Of a stretch of 64,000 nucleotides of DNA, positions 1 through 9,968 are shown piece after piece. The stretch is from the NCBI RefSeq assembly GCF_002154695.1, contig NZ_MTAV01000210.1, positions 7,528 through 71,527 on the forward strand, in the 5' to 3' direction. The stretch comes from Nostoc sp. T09. GTDB lineage: Bacteria; Cyanobacteriota; Cyanobacteriia; Cyanobacteriales; Nostocaceae. Made by a program: the position numbers and the translations under genes. Position 1 is the first letter of the stretch; each line of letters starts with the position of its first letter. The notes below the pieces were generated by a model. The model had not been told where the DNA came from and made no database searches. It was given only the letters and a program-made list of their open reading frames with translations.

Positions 1-475
1 TAAGTATCGTCGTGGTTGTTGCGATCAATTCCATATCTCGTTTTTGAATTTTAGACATAAAAAATACAAATATAGCTTGGACATTTCGCTCGCTTACAAG
101 CATTCCAAAACCTGCTTTGGCTCCAAAAGCTTTAGCAATTTGATTCCGTAAAAAATAGGATTCTGGTTGAGTAGAGACATCGGCAATCCACTCCGAAGTT
201 TGAGTTTCCCAAACTCGTCCAGGCAATCCTTCACCTAAATGCAAGATAAAGTTTTCACTACAATACCGGAACTGCGCCCAGGCAACTTGCCGATTGGTCC
301 TCACTTGTGAGCTAATGTACCAAGCAGGATCTAGCTCCAAAATTGTGTCTGTTTTAGGAAGCCAAACTTCGCCATACTCCCACTCTGTTTCTTCACAAAC
401 TTGTTCGAGCATACTTGTAAATATGGTGGAGTTTGTTGAGGTTTCACTAGTCGCTCTATAAATTGATTCAGTCAT
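1..475 (-). CDS. GAF domain-containing protein, N-terminal part (gene continues beyond window start)
   Basis: Minus-strand ORF starting at ATG (complement of 473-475) and running off the window edge. Translation MTESIYRATSE...LHLGEGLPGRVWETQTSEWIADVSTQPESYF has the GAF signature (G.GLPGRVW...W..DV). Not in the supplied ORF track because it is truncated. Confidence 0.5.
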   Translation of the reverse strand, partial: MTESIYRATSETSTNSTIFTSMLEQVCEETEWEYGEVWLPKTDTILELDPAWYISSQVRTNRQVAWAQFRYCSENFILHLGEGLPGRVWETQTSEWIADVSTQPESYFLRNQIAKAFGAKAGFGMLVSERNVQAIFVFFMSKIQKRDMELIATTTTIL

Positions 476-1255
476 AGAATTATGGTTTAGGAAAGGCAAA
501 GAGGAGGTGAAATTGGTGGAGTTTCTGAATGGCGATCGCATAAAAAGCGTCTCAATAAAATATGCACCGATTCAAAATCAGAGTGAGCCGCGCTGAGATC
601 TCCGGATTGCGATCGCCAGTTTGCAGTTGACACATTTAAACTAATTAATTGAGGAATATTCACCATAATTTAGTATTTTTTTAATTTCTTGATCTCAAAG
701 CCAACACAATATATTTGCATAAGCAAAAAATTTTCTCAGTAGAATTCAGAAGCCAGAATTCTGAATGAAAATAATCTGTATTTATGCTCGCTTTTGAGGC
801 TTAAATTATGTACTCGATCAAATTGAAATTCAAAGTATTAACAAAATGATGTATTTAATTGTTATTAATTGCTAATTAAAGATCCCAAAATGCTCTAGCA
901 ATTATCCTGAACTCATCTTTGCTGGACAATATATAAAGTTAATATGTTGAGCCTAATATTCGTTTGTTATTAATGTAAGAGCATATTTGCTTGATTTCGT
1001 CAATCAATCAATGTAATATCATTGCGCTGCGATCGCGCTGGGGTGAGAAAATATTACTTGCTAGCTACGGGTTCTTGAAAGTTTATCACTCTGGCGGTTG
1101 AACTAGTGCTTCCCTTCCCCGAAACTCCTTGCTGTGTCACTCTTAAGTACATACTAACTAAGCTGTTACCCACAGGATTCGCTCTTGCTCACGAGTCAGA
1201 AACGTTCTAAACGAGCGCCCACATCTGACTGACGCCAACTTTCTTAACATGCAAG

Positions 1256-2065
1256 ATGAGATTAAACATTTTACAGCAAACTCCAACTTTGTTAAGCTTG
1301 AGCCTCAAACCAAGAGGCTTGCTGTATTGGTTTTTTGGGAGCATCTTCATAGCTGGAGGTATTTTTTTGGTAACATCGCTAAGCAGAGCAACTACTCTTA
1401 CTTGTAACCGCTCGACACCTACACAAGGAAGTTGTCAATTAGTTACTAAAGGTTTTTTGAAATCCCAATCTAAAAGTTGGGATATTCAAGACTTACAAGG
1501 TGCAAAGCTAGATACAAAGACTACTGATGCATGGGGTAGTTATCCTTTATTGCTCTTAACAAAGTCTGGCTCATTTTCTATAGATTTGATCAATGCAGAT
1601 AGTACACAAAAGAAAAGATTAGCAGCACAAATAACCACAATTATTCAGGGGTCGCAAGTATCTCAATTGTCTATTCATGAAGATAGCCGTTTATGGACTT
1701 ATCCCCTAGGGCTTTTTTTGATTTTATCTGGGTTTGTCTGTATTATCTATATAGCGATAAATGGCACAATAATTTGTATTTTAGATAAAAAACTGAACAA
1801 AGTTACTATTGAACGTCAAGGAGTATTCAGTAAAGACGTTATGGAAGCTAAACTATCAGAAATCGTAGGACTTGATATCGATACGTTTACAGTTGACAGT
1901 TCCAGCAGTTACAATATCGTTTTCAGGTTGGACTCTGAAAATGACATATATTTAGCTAATGGTCCAATGTTTACTGCTCAAAGCGCAGACCAAACTTTTG
2001 AGGCGATCGCAAATTTTCTTAATCTAGAGGATTCTAATTTATTTACACATAACTCGTTAAGTTAG
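1256..2065 (+). CDS. hypothetical membrane protein (two predicted TM segments)
   Basis: 269-aa ORF with hydrophobic stretches (GLLYWFFGSIFIAGGIFLVTSL; LGLFLILSGFVCIIYIAI). No recognisable catalytic motif. Confidence 0.35.
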   Translation: MRLNILQQTPTLLSLSLKPRGLLYWFFGSIFIAGGIFLVTSLSRATTLTCNRSTPTQGSCQLVTKGFLKSQSKSWDIQDLQGAKLDTKTTDAWGSYPLLLLTKSGSFSIDLINADSTQKKRLAAQITTIIQGSQVSQLSIHEDSRLWTYPLGLFLILSGFVCIIYIAINGTIICILDKKLNKVTIERQGVFSKDVMEAKLSEIVGLDIDTFTVDSSSSYNIVFRLDSENDIYLANGPMFTAQSADQTFEAIANFLNLEDSNLFTHNSLS

Positions 2066-2954
2066 GGTTAATTTTTAATTAAATTTTACTTAAAATTACT
2101 AACTTTATTTATTAACAAGTTTGCCAAAAATATTTTAGAGTTATTTTGTACTATAGATAGAAACTGAAAAGCAGATTTATAGTAATTAACGGCTAACTAA
2201 AAAATAAAATCCCCACATCAATATATGGGGATAAATTCGTGTGAGTCGTTACATAAGTGTCCTACCAAACATGAGTTTAGAATTTGCAGACAGATCGAAT
2301 ATCTACCTAAAGCATTAATTAAAAAGATTTAGAGATTATATTTGCTAACTAGCAAATATAATCTCATAGCCATCTATCGATACCCCAAATTTTTAGTATA
2401 AATACTTGTCGCTATATAACTAATATTGAAATATTTATGTCTTCTGATAGATAACCAAATCTATCCAATGGACGAAACCACACTAGCACCAGCAAATTGA
2501 TAATAATTATCGCTGGTATATTACTTTTTAGCCTGCCCTGAGGTGACTCAGGGTTTTATATTGCCTAAAAGCAATTTGATGTTCTTGTTCCAAAATTAAG
2601 CTAAGTAAGTTTAAAGAAATATTACATAAGCTTACTGAATTTTCCGATACACTCGTAGTGATAATTGAGGTGACTAACACTACTCACATTATAGTGAGGT
2701 GTTTTAAATTATCAATTTTACTGTGTTATTACGGTTAAACTGCCTAAACAAGCTTTGTTAAGACTGCCTGTTATACAAAATTTTACGGTGGCTTAGATAA
2801 ATATCTAACTAGCCTAATTAACTTACCTAAGTAATGACATATGCAACCAGAGCCAGTAGACTATGTTTTCAAAGGATTAGACAACGCCGGAGTTGCTCAC
2901 GTTGTAATACTTCCATCTTCTCACAGCAAGTTAGAGTCAGTTCGCTCAATAAAA

Positions 2955-2981
2955 CCGTAGTCGCCAGCTACGGTTTTTTTT
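2955..2981 (+). terminator. rho-independent terminator-like hairpin (ccgtag...ctacgg + T8) with no annotated upstream gene
   Basis: Stem CCGTAG/CTACGG followed by TTTTTTTT. It lies ~900 bp downstream of the nearest plus-strand ORF, in an AT-rich 1-kb gap. May terminate an unannotated sRNA. Confidence 0.4.
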
Positions 2982-3097
2982 GTGAAAAAACTAAAGGCTA
3001 TTTAAGCATTTAAGTATCAAAATTTTTCTTAACACATACTTTGTTATTTTAAGTAAAATCACGGGAAGAATAGCAGAAGTCTGGGAGAATTATACAT

Positions 3098-3358
3098 GTG
3101 ATTATGCTGTTTTTCCTACTCCAGGCTTGTTACCACTATTTTTGGAGATACCCGATGATAGAAAATTTGATACGCTTAACTAACCAAAACACAGATGCAA
3201 TGGTAGATATAGTGTTTGGGTTTTACTTAGATGGAGATGCTATCGATAGGCAACAAATCGAACGCGAACTAATTGACTTAGGGACGAAACATAAACTGGG
3301 AAGTGGGAAAGAATTAGTCCAAAAATTACGTAAATTAGCGGCAGATAGAGGATTATAA
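3098..3358 (+). CDS. small hypothetical protein
   Basis: 86-aa ORF, no recognisable domain; sits in a long non-coding stretch. Confidence 0.25.
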   Translation: MIMLFFLLQACYHYFWRYPMIENLIRLTNQNTDAMVDIVFGFYLDGDAIDRQQIERELIDLGTKHKLGSGKELVQKLRKLAADRGL

Positions 3359-3914
3359 GTATAAATTAGCTTTTAGGGGTGATTAAGGGAAAAATAATGC
3401 ATTTAGTCAGGATTCTTGTACCCTCTTTGCCCCACTGCTGCTAAAGCGGTTGGTATCCTCTAATATGATTTATGCCAGGAAGCTATTTTATAAGTAAGGT
3501 TTTTACCTTTTTACTTATTTCTAAATTACGCCTTATGTGAATTAGTAACGTTTCTTAAGCTAAGGCGCATTTAAATTGCACATTTTCGCAGTTTCGGTGG
3601 TTAAGATTCAACGGTCAAAAGTTGCTTTGGACTGACAGCCACAATGCATAATCATGCACTTTTAGCGCCTAACAGCTTATCTTACAAAGGTTCTAGACTA
3701 GCCCAAAATCATAATTTTTTGATGAGCAACTAAATTATAATGGTTTCAAGATTTAATTCACATTAAACGTAAATTATTTTTGATTAGTTTCTTCAGAAAG
3801 TATCAATAAACACTAAGCTCTCGCTATAAAAGTGAGGGCTTTTTTATACTTGAAAGCGAGAAAAGCAGCTTGATATTAATCTTCTGTTTTACGGCTACAA
3901 ACAAATACAAAAAC

Positions 3915-4040
3915 ATCTATAGCAATCCGATTTGATTCGGAGAAATCACTCGTAGAGGTAGGAAAAGGGGAAGGGGAACAAGCGAAGTTGAAATATACGG
4001 AATTTGTTCAAAAATCACATAGGAGTCTAATATGATGTAT
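3915..4040. repeat. dispersed Nostoc-type repeat (gatttgattc..gaatcactcgtag + (gggaaca)n + ttgttcaaaaatca core)
   Basis: Near-copy present at 7340-7480 and fragments at 16884-16920, 19730-19770, 41815-41840 and 61420-61460. Confidence 0.6.
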
Positions 4041-4057
4041 TATTTTTAACTAAATTA

Positions 4058-4150
4058 GGACTTACGCAAAATTATGAAAAAACGAACCGCAAAGGGCACG
4101 AAGGACACGAAGGAAAGAGGATTTCAGAGGGTTTTTGCGTAAGTCCTATA
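4058..4150. mobile_element. MITE-like element with terminal inverted repeats (aggacttacgcaaaa ... ttttgcgtaagtcct)
   Basis: Perfect ~15-bp terminal inverted repeat. Related larger copies at 27107-27250 and 34470-34680 share the internal acgaaggacacgaagg / gtagacgcgttcgcggag core. Confidence 0.55.
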
Positions 4151-4342
4151 AATATTTTTCTAAAATACTAATGTCAAAAAGTCAATTTTTATTCAAATTT
4201 TTTTTGTTGAATTCCGCATAAAGATATATTAAAATTCATTGCGACCATATAAAAATAAATACACAGCCTAATTTAGGCACTGCCTAGCCCTAAAACAATT
4301 GATCCAAGTTTCATATAGTAAGCTAATCTTGGCAATTTAATC

Positions 4343-5638
4343 ATGAAAATAGCCTTTGTAGTTGGATATTTTCCCGTGTTGTCAGAAACATTTATTCTTA
4401 ATCAAATTATAGGTGCGATTGACCGGGGTCATGAAGTTGAGATTTACGCCTATCAACCAGCTAATACTTCTAAAGTACATCCAAATGTGAAGAAGTATCA
4501 GTTGATGAATCGGACTTTTTATCAACCACATATACCTCCAAATCACTTTTCACGGCTGTCGAAAGCTATCAAATTACTAATTAATAATTTCCATAAAAAT
4601 CCTTTAGTCTTACTGCGATCGCTTAATTTTTTCAAATATGGCAGATGGGCAGCTTCTTTAAGATTATTTTACTCAGTCATACCTTTATTAGAATCTAAAT
4701 CCTACGATATTATCCATTGTCAGTTTGGTACATTTGCTCGTGAAGCTATGATTTGGCGTGATATCGGCGCTATTAAAGGAAAATTGATTACTTCGTTTCG
4801 AGGCTATGATATTACTTGGTTTGTTCATGAAAATGGGGAACAGATTTATGACGAACTCTTTAAGAAGGGAGATTTCTTCTTAGCAAATTGTAAATACTTT
4901 CAAAAAAAAGCTATTCAACTGGGTTGTGATGAACAAAAAATTGTTGTACATGGTTCAGGAATAGATTGTAGCCAATTTCAATTTAAATTAAGGCTTCCTC
5001 CGGGTGCAAATGAGAAAATTTACGTTACTACAACTTGTCGCCTAATAGAAAAGAAAGGCATAGAATACAGCATTCGTGCTGTTGCTGAGGTAATAAAAAG
5101 TTACCCGAATATCGAATATAACATCATTGGTGATGGTTATTTGCAAGTAGAGTTACAGCAATTAATTGAAAAATTAAATGTTGCTGGTCAAATAAAGCTT
5201 TTGGGATGGAGAAATCAGCCAGAAATTATTGAAATTCTTGATAAATCCCATATTTTTATTGCTCCTAGTGTCACAACTCGTGATGGTAATCAAGATGCTC
5301 CTGTCAACACTTTAAAAGAAGCAATGGCTATGGGTTTACCAGTCATCAGTACGCTACATGGTGGTATTCCTGAACTGGTAGAAAATGGAATTTCTGGTTT
5401 TCTGGTTCCAGAACGGGATGTTGATGCGATCGCCGAAAAATTAACTTATCTAATCAAGCATCCAGAAATGTGGTCAAAGATGGGTCAAGCAGGCCGTGCT
5501 TATGTAGAAGCACACTACGATATTAATAAGCTTAACGATGAATTGATACAAATTTATCAACGAGTAAGTAGTCACAATTTACCGCTACTAGAACCAGCTT
5601 TAGCTGAAACCAGAAGGTTGAATTCTCAAGGATATTAA
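4343..5638 (+). CDS. glycosyltransferase family 1 (GT4-type, GT-B fold)
   Basis: 431 aa. C-terminal region has the GT1 signature (EYNIIGDG...LGW...FIAPS...E..P..LKEAMAMGLPVISTLHGGIPELVENGISGFLVPE). Confidence 0.85.
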   Translation: MKIAFVVGYFPVLSETFILNQIIGAIDRGHEVEIYAYQPANTSKVHPNVKKYQLMNRTFYQPHIPPNHFSRLSKAIKLLINNFHKNPLVLLRSLNFFKYGRWAASLRLFYSVIPLLESKSYDIIHCQFGTFAREAMIWRDIGAIKGKLITSFRGYDITWFVHENGEQIYDELFKKGDFFLANCKYFQKKAIQLGCDEQKIVVHGSGIDCSQFQFKLRLPPGANEKIYVTTTCRLIEKKGIEYSIRAVAEVIKSYPNIEYNIIGDGYLQVELQQLIEKLNVAGQIKLLGWRNQPEIIEILDKSHIFIAPSVTTRDGNQDAPVNTLKEAMAMGLPVISTLHGGIPELVENGISGFLVPERDVDAIAEKLTYLIKHPEMWSKMGQAGRAYVEAHYDINKLNDELIQIYQRVSSHNLPLLEPALAETRRLNSQGY

Positions 5639-5645
5639 TAGAGAG

Positions 5646-6620
5646 ATGAATTTATCAGCGATCGCAGAACCCAAAGTTACAATTGTTGTTGTTCCACGAG
5701 AGCGTTTTAGCTATACCCGCGCATCTTTAGAAAGCATCTACGAGCATACAAATTATCCATTTAATTTAATTTATGTAGATGGCAATTCACCTCCTCACAT
5801 CAGAGATTATTTAACAGAACAAGCAGAACAAAAGCAATTTCAACTGATTCGCAGCGATCGTTACTTGTCTCCAAACTGCGCTAGAAATATAGGACTGCGA
5901 CAAGTTACCAGCCAATATGTTGTTTTCCTAGATAACGACGTAGTTGTAACTCCAGATTGGCTCAAGCCATTGGTAGACTGTACGCAAGCAACAGAAGCAA
6001 CCGTAGTCAGTCCTCTTCTGTGTCAGGGTACACCTCTACATCAAGAAGTACATTGTGCAGGAGGCGAAACCGGAGTTAAGGTAGAAACGCACAGACGGCG
6101 GATTATTGAGAAGATATATTATCAAGGTCGGCGAGTAGCAGATGTGCAACCCCAGCTACAACAGCAGAAAACGGGGTTAGCAGAATTTCACTGTATGTTG
6201 GTACGTACAGAAATATTTCAGCAAATTGGTTTTTTAGATGAAGCGCTGCTTTCCACCAAAGAACATGTCGATTTGTGCATGTTGGTAGCTGAGGCTGGCG
6301 GTACAGTCTACCTCGAACCGAAATCTCTCGTCACTTATGTACCAGGGCCACCACTAGAGTGGACAGACCTACATTACTATATGCTGCGGTGGAGCGATCG
6401 CTGGGAATTGGCAAGTCTCAAACACTTACGCCAAAAGTGGAACCTTACCGAAGATGAATATTTCCAAAACAGATACAAACGCTTGGGATCAAGACGGCAC
6501 ATGACAATTATTCACCCTTTTGCCCGAAAATTGTCTATTGGCAACTTTGGCTTTCGGGTGGTGAGTAAAATCCTGCGTCTGATGGATAGGGTATTCAACG
6601 GTTTGATAACAAGTTGGTGA
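5646..6620 (+). CDS. glycosyltransferase family 2 (GT-A fold)
   Basis: 324 aa. N-terminal VTIVVVPRERF...IYVDGNS...VVFLDNDVVV pattern (DxD) typical of GT2. Starts 8 bp after the upstream GT1, so likely an operon. Confidence 0.8.
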   Translation: MNLSAIAEPKVTIVVVPRERFSYTRASLESIYEHTNYPFNLIYVDGNSPPHIRDYLTEQAEQKQFQLIRSDRYLSPNCARNIGLRQVTSQYVVFLDNDVVVTPDWLKPLVDCTQATEATVVSPLLCQGTPLHQEVHCAGGETGVKVETHRRRIIEKIYYQGRRVADVQPQLQQQKTGLAEFHCMLVRTEIFQQIGFLDEALLSTKEHVDLCMLVAEAGGTVYLEPKSLVTYVPGPPLEWTDLHYYMLRWSDRWELASLKHLRQKWNLTEDEYFQNRYKRLGSRRHMTIIHPFARKLSIGNFGFRVVSKILRLMDRVFNGLITSW

Positions 6621-6653
6621 AATTTGCGATCACAGTATTATCCAGGTAGAAGT

Positions 6654-7265
6654 TTAGTTAGAAATTGGTACATTTTTAAACGCAGCTGTATCTGGTACAA
6701 AAATGTCCAGGTTCTTGACACCATCAGGAACCCTGATCCAGACATAGGCATCTGCTGACGCCTTTGGACGTAGCAGGGGCAAAGAAACACTTCCTGTTGA
6801 GCGATTTAAAGCAATTGCTTTGTAGGTTTCACTGGTTTCAGGATTACGAGCTGTTGTACTAGCAACCGATATAATATCGCCACCACCAACTCCATCTGTA
6901 GCTTGGCGACGGATACGCATCTGCACATTCACCACATCACGGTTTCCGGTTTCTGGATCTTTAATCCTTTTTGCTGAAAGTAACTCAACTTCTGCCTTAT
7001 TTCCAAACGCAGGCTGCACAAATTGACCAGGCTGAAGTACTGAGATAGCGACAGATGCTGGTGTTGTTTTTTCTGGCGATGCTGTGGGTTCTGGAGAAAT
7101 TGATTTTGCGACAGAGGTTGGAACAACAGCAGGACTAACCCCCGTGCTAATGTTGGTGGTATTTAGCGTTTGTCGCAGTGTGAAAACTTCGTAAGCTGCA
7201 TAGCCACCACATATTAAAGCCACAGTAGAGAGGAATACAGCCACACCAGACAGAAATGTACTCAC
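6654..7265 (-). CDS. hypothetical membrane-anchored secreted protein
   Basis: 203 aa with one N-terminal TM/signal anchor (GVAVFLSTVALICGGYAAY) followed by an S/T/P-rich linker. No known domain recognised. Confidence 0.4.
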   Translation of the reverse strand: MSTFLSGVAVFLSTVALICGGYAAYEVFTLRQTLNTTNISTGVSPAVVPTSVAKSISPEPTASPEKTTPASVAISVLQPGQFVQPAFGNKAEVELLSAKRIKDPETGNRDVVNVQMRIRRQATDGVGGGDIISVASTTARNPETSETYKAIALNRSTGSVSLPLLRPKASADAYVWIRVPDGVKNLDIFVPDTAAFKNVPISN

Positions 7266-7339
7266 ACCATTACCTCAATTTCATATTTCTTTTAAATACA
7301 GGTTTGTTCACCTTTGGATTTTATAATGCCATAAATAAT

Positions 7340-7480
7340 GCGTATGTATAGGAATCTGATTTGATTCCTGAATCACTCGTAGGAGAGGGAACAGGGAACA
7401 GGGAACGGGGAACAGAAAACAAGGAATAAAGTTGTACTCAGTTTTGTTCAAAAATCAAATACGAGTCCTGTATTAAATAA
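7340..7480. repeat. dispersed Nostoc-type repeat (copy of the 3915-4040 element)
   Basis: Shares gatttgattcctgaatcactcgtag, the (gggaacag)n tract and ttgttcaaaaatcaaata with the 3915-4040 copy. Confidence 0.6.
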
Positions 7481-7653
7481 GTCATTATCTTTCCTAAACT
7501 AATTTAAACACTGCATTGAATTTGAAGAACGCGGTCAGTTAGACCGTCAGACCCTCAGAACCTATAAACTAGTTGATGCCTACATCTTCAAACTGAAATA
7601 CCCCGTACTTGATATCTATGCTTCGGATCGGTTTTATGTAAGGGTGAGAAATA

Positions 7654-8526
7654 ATGAAGCAGCATCAACGTTTAAATTCTCAGCTACCAGAGGTGATTTA
7701 TACGCCTGAAAGTAAGTTGAGACATCCCATACAATTGGGTAAACAAATGTGGCGAGACTTGCTAGCTTCTCGTGAACTTGCTTGGCGGTTAATGGTACGA
7801 GATATTAGCGCACAGTATCGTCAATCTTTTTTCGGAATAGCTTGGGCTTTTTTACCACCAATTATTATGGCATCGGGATTTACCCTTGCTCATGATGCGA
7901 ATGTCATTAATATTCAAGCTACAGATTTGCCTTATCCAGCTTATGTGATGTTCAGCACTGCATTATGGCAAACATTTGTTGAAGCTTTAAATGGCCCAGT
8001 ACAAGCTGTGACAGTAGCAAAACCGATGTTAGCAAGAGTCAACTTTCCTAGAGAAGCACTGATTTTAGCAAAAATAGGCGAGGTATTTTTTAACTTTGCC
8101 ATCAAGCTAATTTTAATAGTGGGATTTTTCTTCTGGTTTCAGATATCTGTAACTTGGACAGTAATTCTTGCGCCAGTAGCAATAATTAATTTAGTTTTGC
8201 TAGGAGTATTTTTTGGAATTTTATTAGCGCCATTAGGAGTATTATATCAAGATATATCTAGAAGTTTAAGTTTAATTACAGGCTTTTGGCTATTCTTAAC
8301 TCCAGTAGTTTATCCAGTGCCAAAACAGGGAATTTTTGGATTTTTAGTACAGCTTAATCCTGTCACTCCTTTACTAGTAACAGCGCGAGAGTTAGCAACA
8401 ACAGGAGTCATATCAGACCCTTATCGTTTTTGGGTGGTAAGTGCAATTACCTTAGTAGGCTTAATAATCACCTGGGTTACTTTCCGTTTGGCTATGCCTT
8501 TTGTGGTTGAAAGAGTCAGTTCTTAA
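7654..8526 (+). CDS. wzm: ABC-2 type polysaccharide/O-antigen export permease (Wzm-like)
   Basis: 290 aa with 6 predicted TM helices and the ABC-2 N-terminal motif (ELAWRLMVRDISAQYRQSFFGIAWAFLPP). Followed after 2 bp by the ATPase gene. Confidence 0.85.
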   Translation: MKQHQRLNSQLPEVIYTPESKLRHPIQLGKQMWRDLLASRELAWRLMVRDISAQYRQSFFGIAWAFLPPIIMASGFTLAHDANVINIQATDLPYPAYVMFSTALWQTFVEALNGPVQAVTVAKPMLARVNFPREALILAKIGEVFFNFAIKLILIVGFFFWFQISVTWTVILAPVAIINLVLLGVFFGILLAPLGVLYQDISRSLSLITGFWLFLTPVVYPVPKQGIFGFLVQLNPVTPLLVTARELATTGVISDPYRFWVVSAITLVGLIITWVTFRLAMPFVVERVSS

Positions 8527-8528
8527 AG

Positions 8529-9791
8529 ATGATGAATTTCAGAGATGATTCTGAATTATTAATTTCAGTAGACAAAGTTTCTAAGAAGTTTTGTCGAAAC
8601 TTAAAACAGTCTTTATTTTATGGGGTTCAAGACATTTGTAAAGAGCTAATAGGCGGAAATAGAAATAGCGAAACTCTACGTCAACAAGAATTTTGGGCAC
8701 TAAAAGATGTGAGCTTTCAACTACGACGGGGAGAAGCCTTAGGATTAGTGGGAGCAAATGGAGCCGGAAAAAGTACACTGCTACGCATTATTAGTGGACT
8801 GATTAATCCTGATACTGGCTGTGTGAAAGTTAGGGGAAAATTAGCTCCATTAATTGCTTTGGGAGCAGGGTTTAATCCGATTCTTACAGGGCGAGAAAAT
8901 ATCTATGCTAATATGTCAATTCTGGGTTTATCTACTAAAGAAATAGCAGAGAGATTTCAAGATGTCATAGATTTTGCTGGTATTGCAGATGCAATTGATG
9001 CACCTGTACAGACTTATAGTTCTGGTATGGCGGCTAGATTGGGTTTTGCTTGTGCAGTTCACATAGAACCAGATGTTTTATTAATTGATGAAGTGTTAGC
9101 TGTAGGCGATATCAATTTTAGAGTCAAATGTTATCAGAAACTAGCAAAACTTAGAGAAGCTGGTACAGCTTTTATTTTAGTTTCTCATAATCCCCATGTG
9201 GTTTTGAATGTATGTGAAAATTCTCTATATCTTGCCAAAGGCGAATTAATTAAATATGGCGAGACAGAAGTCGTAATTCGTCAATACGAAGAAGATTTAA
9301 GTTTAGCTGGTACAGAAACATCTTTAGGAATGATGTTTTTACCAGAAAAACCGCAGAGTGAAAGTTTAGGTGTAGATATTATTTCTCTAAGTTTTAAAGA
9401 TGAGCAAGGCAATATACTTGCGGCTCCTCTTTGTGGGGAATTAGCTTATTTATGCGTAGAATGTAAAGCCTACAAAAAAGTTGATTATGCAAATTTAGGT
9501 GTATCTATTACTGCTTTATCTGGACAAAATGAGCGAATTTTATATATAACCTCTGCCAGTGATAATGAACCTTTAAATATACTTCCCGGAAGAGTTGAAA
9601 TCCAAATGCAGATGCCTTATTTTTGCTTATTACCCGGTTTATACAGTGCCAAAATATATATAAAAGAAGGTGTATGTTCTTTTGATATAGTCGAATCTTT
9701 TCGATTTACTGTGAAAGCTAGCAAGATTACGAGTCGTTCTTTATTTTATCAACCACGGAAATGGCAAGTTATTAGTAAAGGTAAAATTTAA
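8529..9791 (+). CDS. wzt: ABC transporter ATP-binding protein (Wzt-like) with C-terminal carbohydrate-binding extension
   Basis: Walker A (GANGAGKST), signature (YSSGMAARLGFA) and Walker B (LLIDEVLAVGD). An extra ~160-aa C-terminal domain resembles the glycan-binding domains of Wzt transporters. Confidence 0.85.
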   Translation: MMNFRDDSELLISVDKVSKKFCRNLKQSLFYGVQDICKELIGGNRNSETLRQQEFWALKDVSFQLRRGEALGLVGANGAGKSTLLRIISGLINPDTGCVKVRGKLAPLIALGAGFNPILTGRENIYANMSILGLSTKEIAERFQDVIDFAGIADAIDAPVQTYSSGMAARLGFACAVHIEPDVLLIDEVLAVGDINFRVKCYQKLAKLREAGTAFILVSHNPHVVLNVCENSLYLAKGELIKYGETEVVIRQYEEDLSLAGTETSLGMMFLPEKPQSESLGVDIISLSFKDEQGNILAAPLCGELAYLCVECKAYKKVDYANLGVSITALSGQNERILYITSASDNEPLNILPGRVEIQMQMPYFCLLPGLYSAKIYIKEGVCSFDIVESFRFTVKASKITSRSLFYQPRKWQVISKGKI

Positions 9792-9968
9792 AAAATTAAC
9801 CACAGATACACACAGATAAATTTGGGCTAGTTCCAGAACCAATGATGTAAAACCCTAGTTAAAATAATATGTAAGTAGATGAAATTAATTCAAACTAAAA
9901 CTTACTCTCGCTTCTGTCCTCTTTGTTAGTAATATAAATTTTCTCTTGTATTAGGTTGTTCGGCGTAT

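Noticed and set aside
6929-7126. Short ORFs nested antisense or within larger genes (6929-7126, 8581-8778, 12175-12369, 12394-12654, 14364-14618, 18154-18401, 18845-19135, 20005-20241, 20849-21265, 22614-22820, 23108-23293, 24445-24657, 27726-27923, 32010-32237, 35482-36013, 36368-36922, 37461-37703, 39376-39645, 42912-43133, 43224-43826, 44633-45676, 47155-47506, 48395-49172, 49667-49930, 53218-53412, 60194-60412, 60848-61105, 61127-61315, 62606-62809, 63384-63684)
   Set aside because: Each is fully overlapped by a longer ORF with clear family motifs on the same or opposite strand. Their composition is low-complexity or mirror-image; they are treated as frame artefacts.
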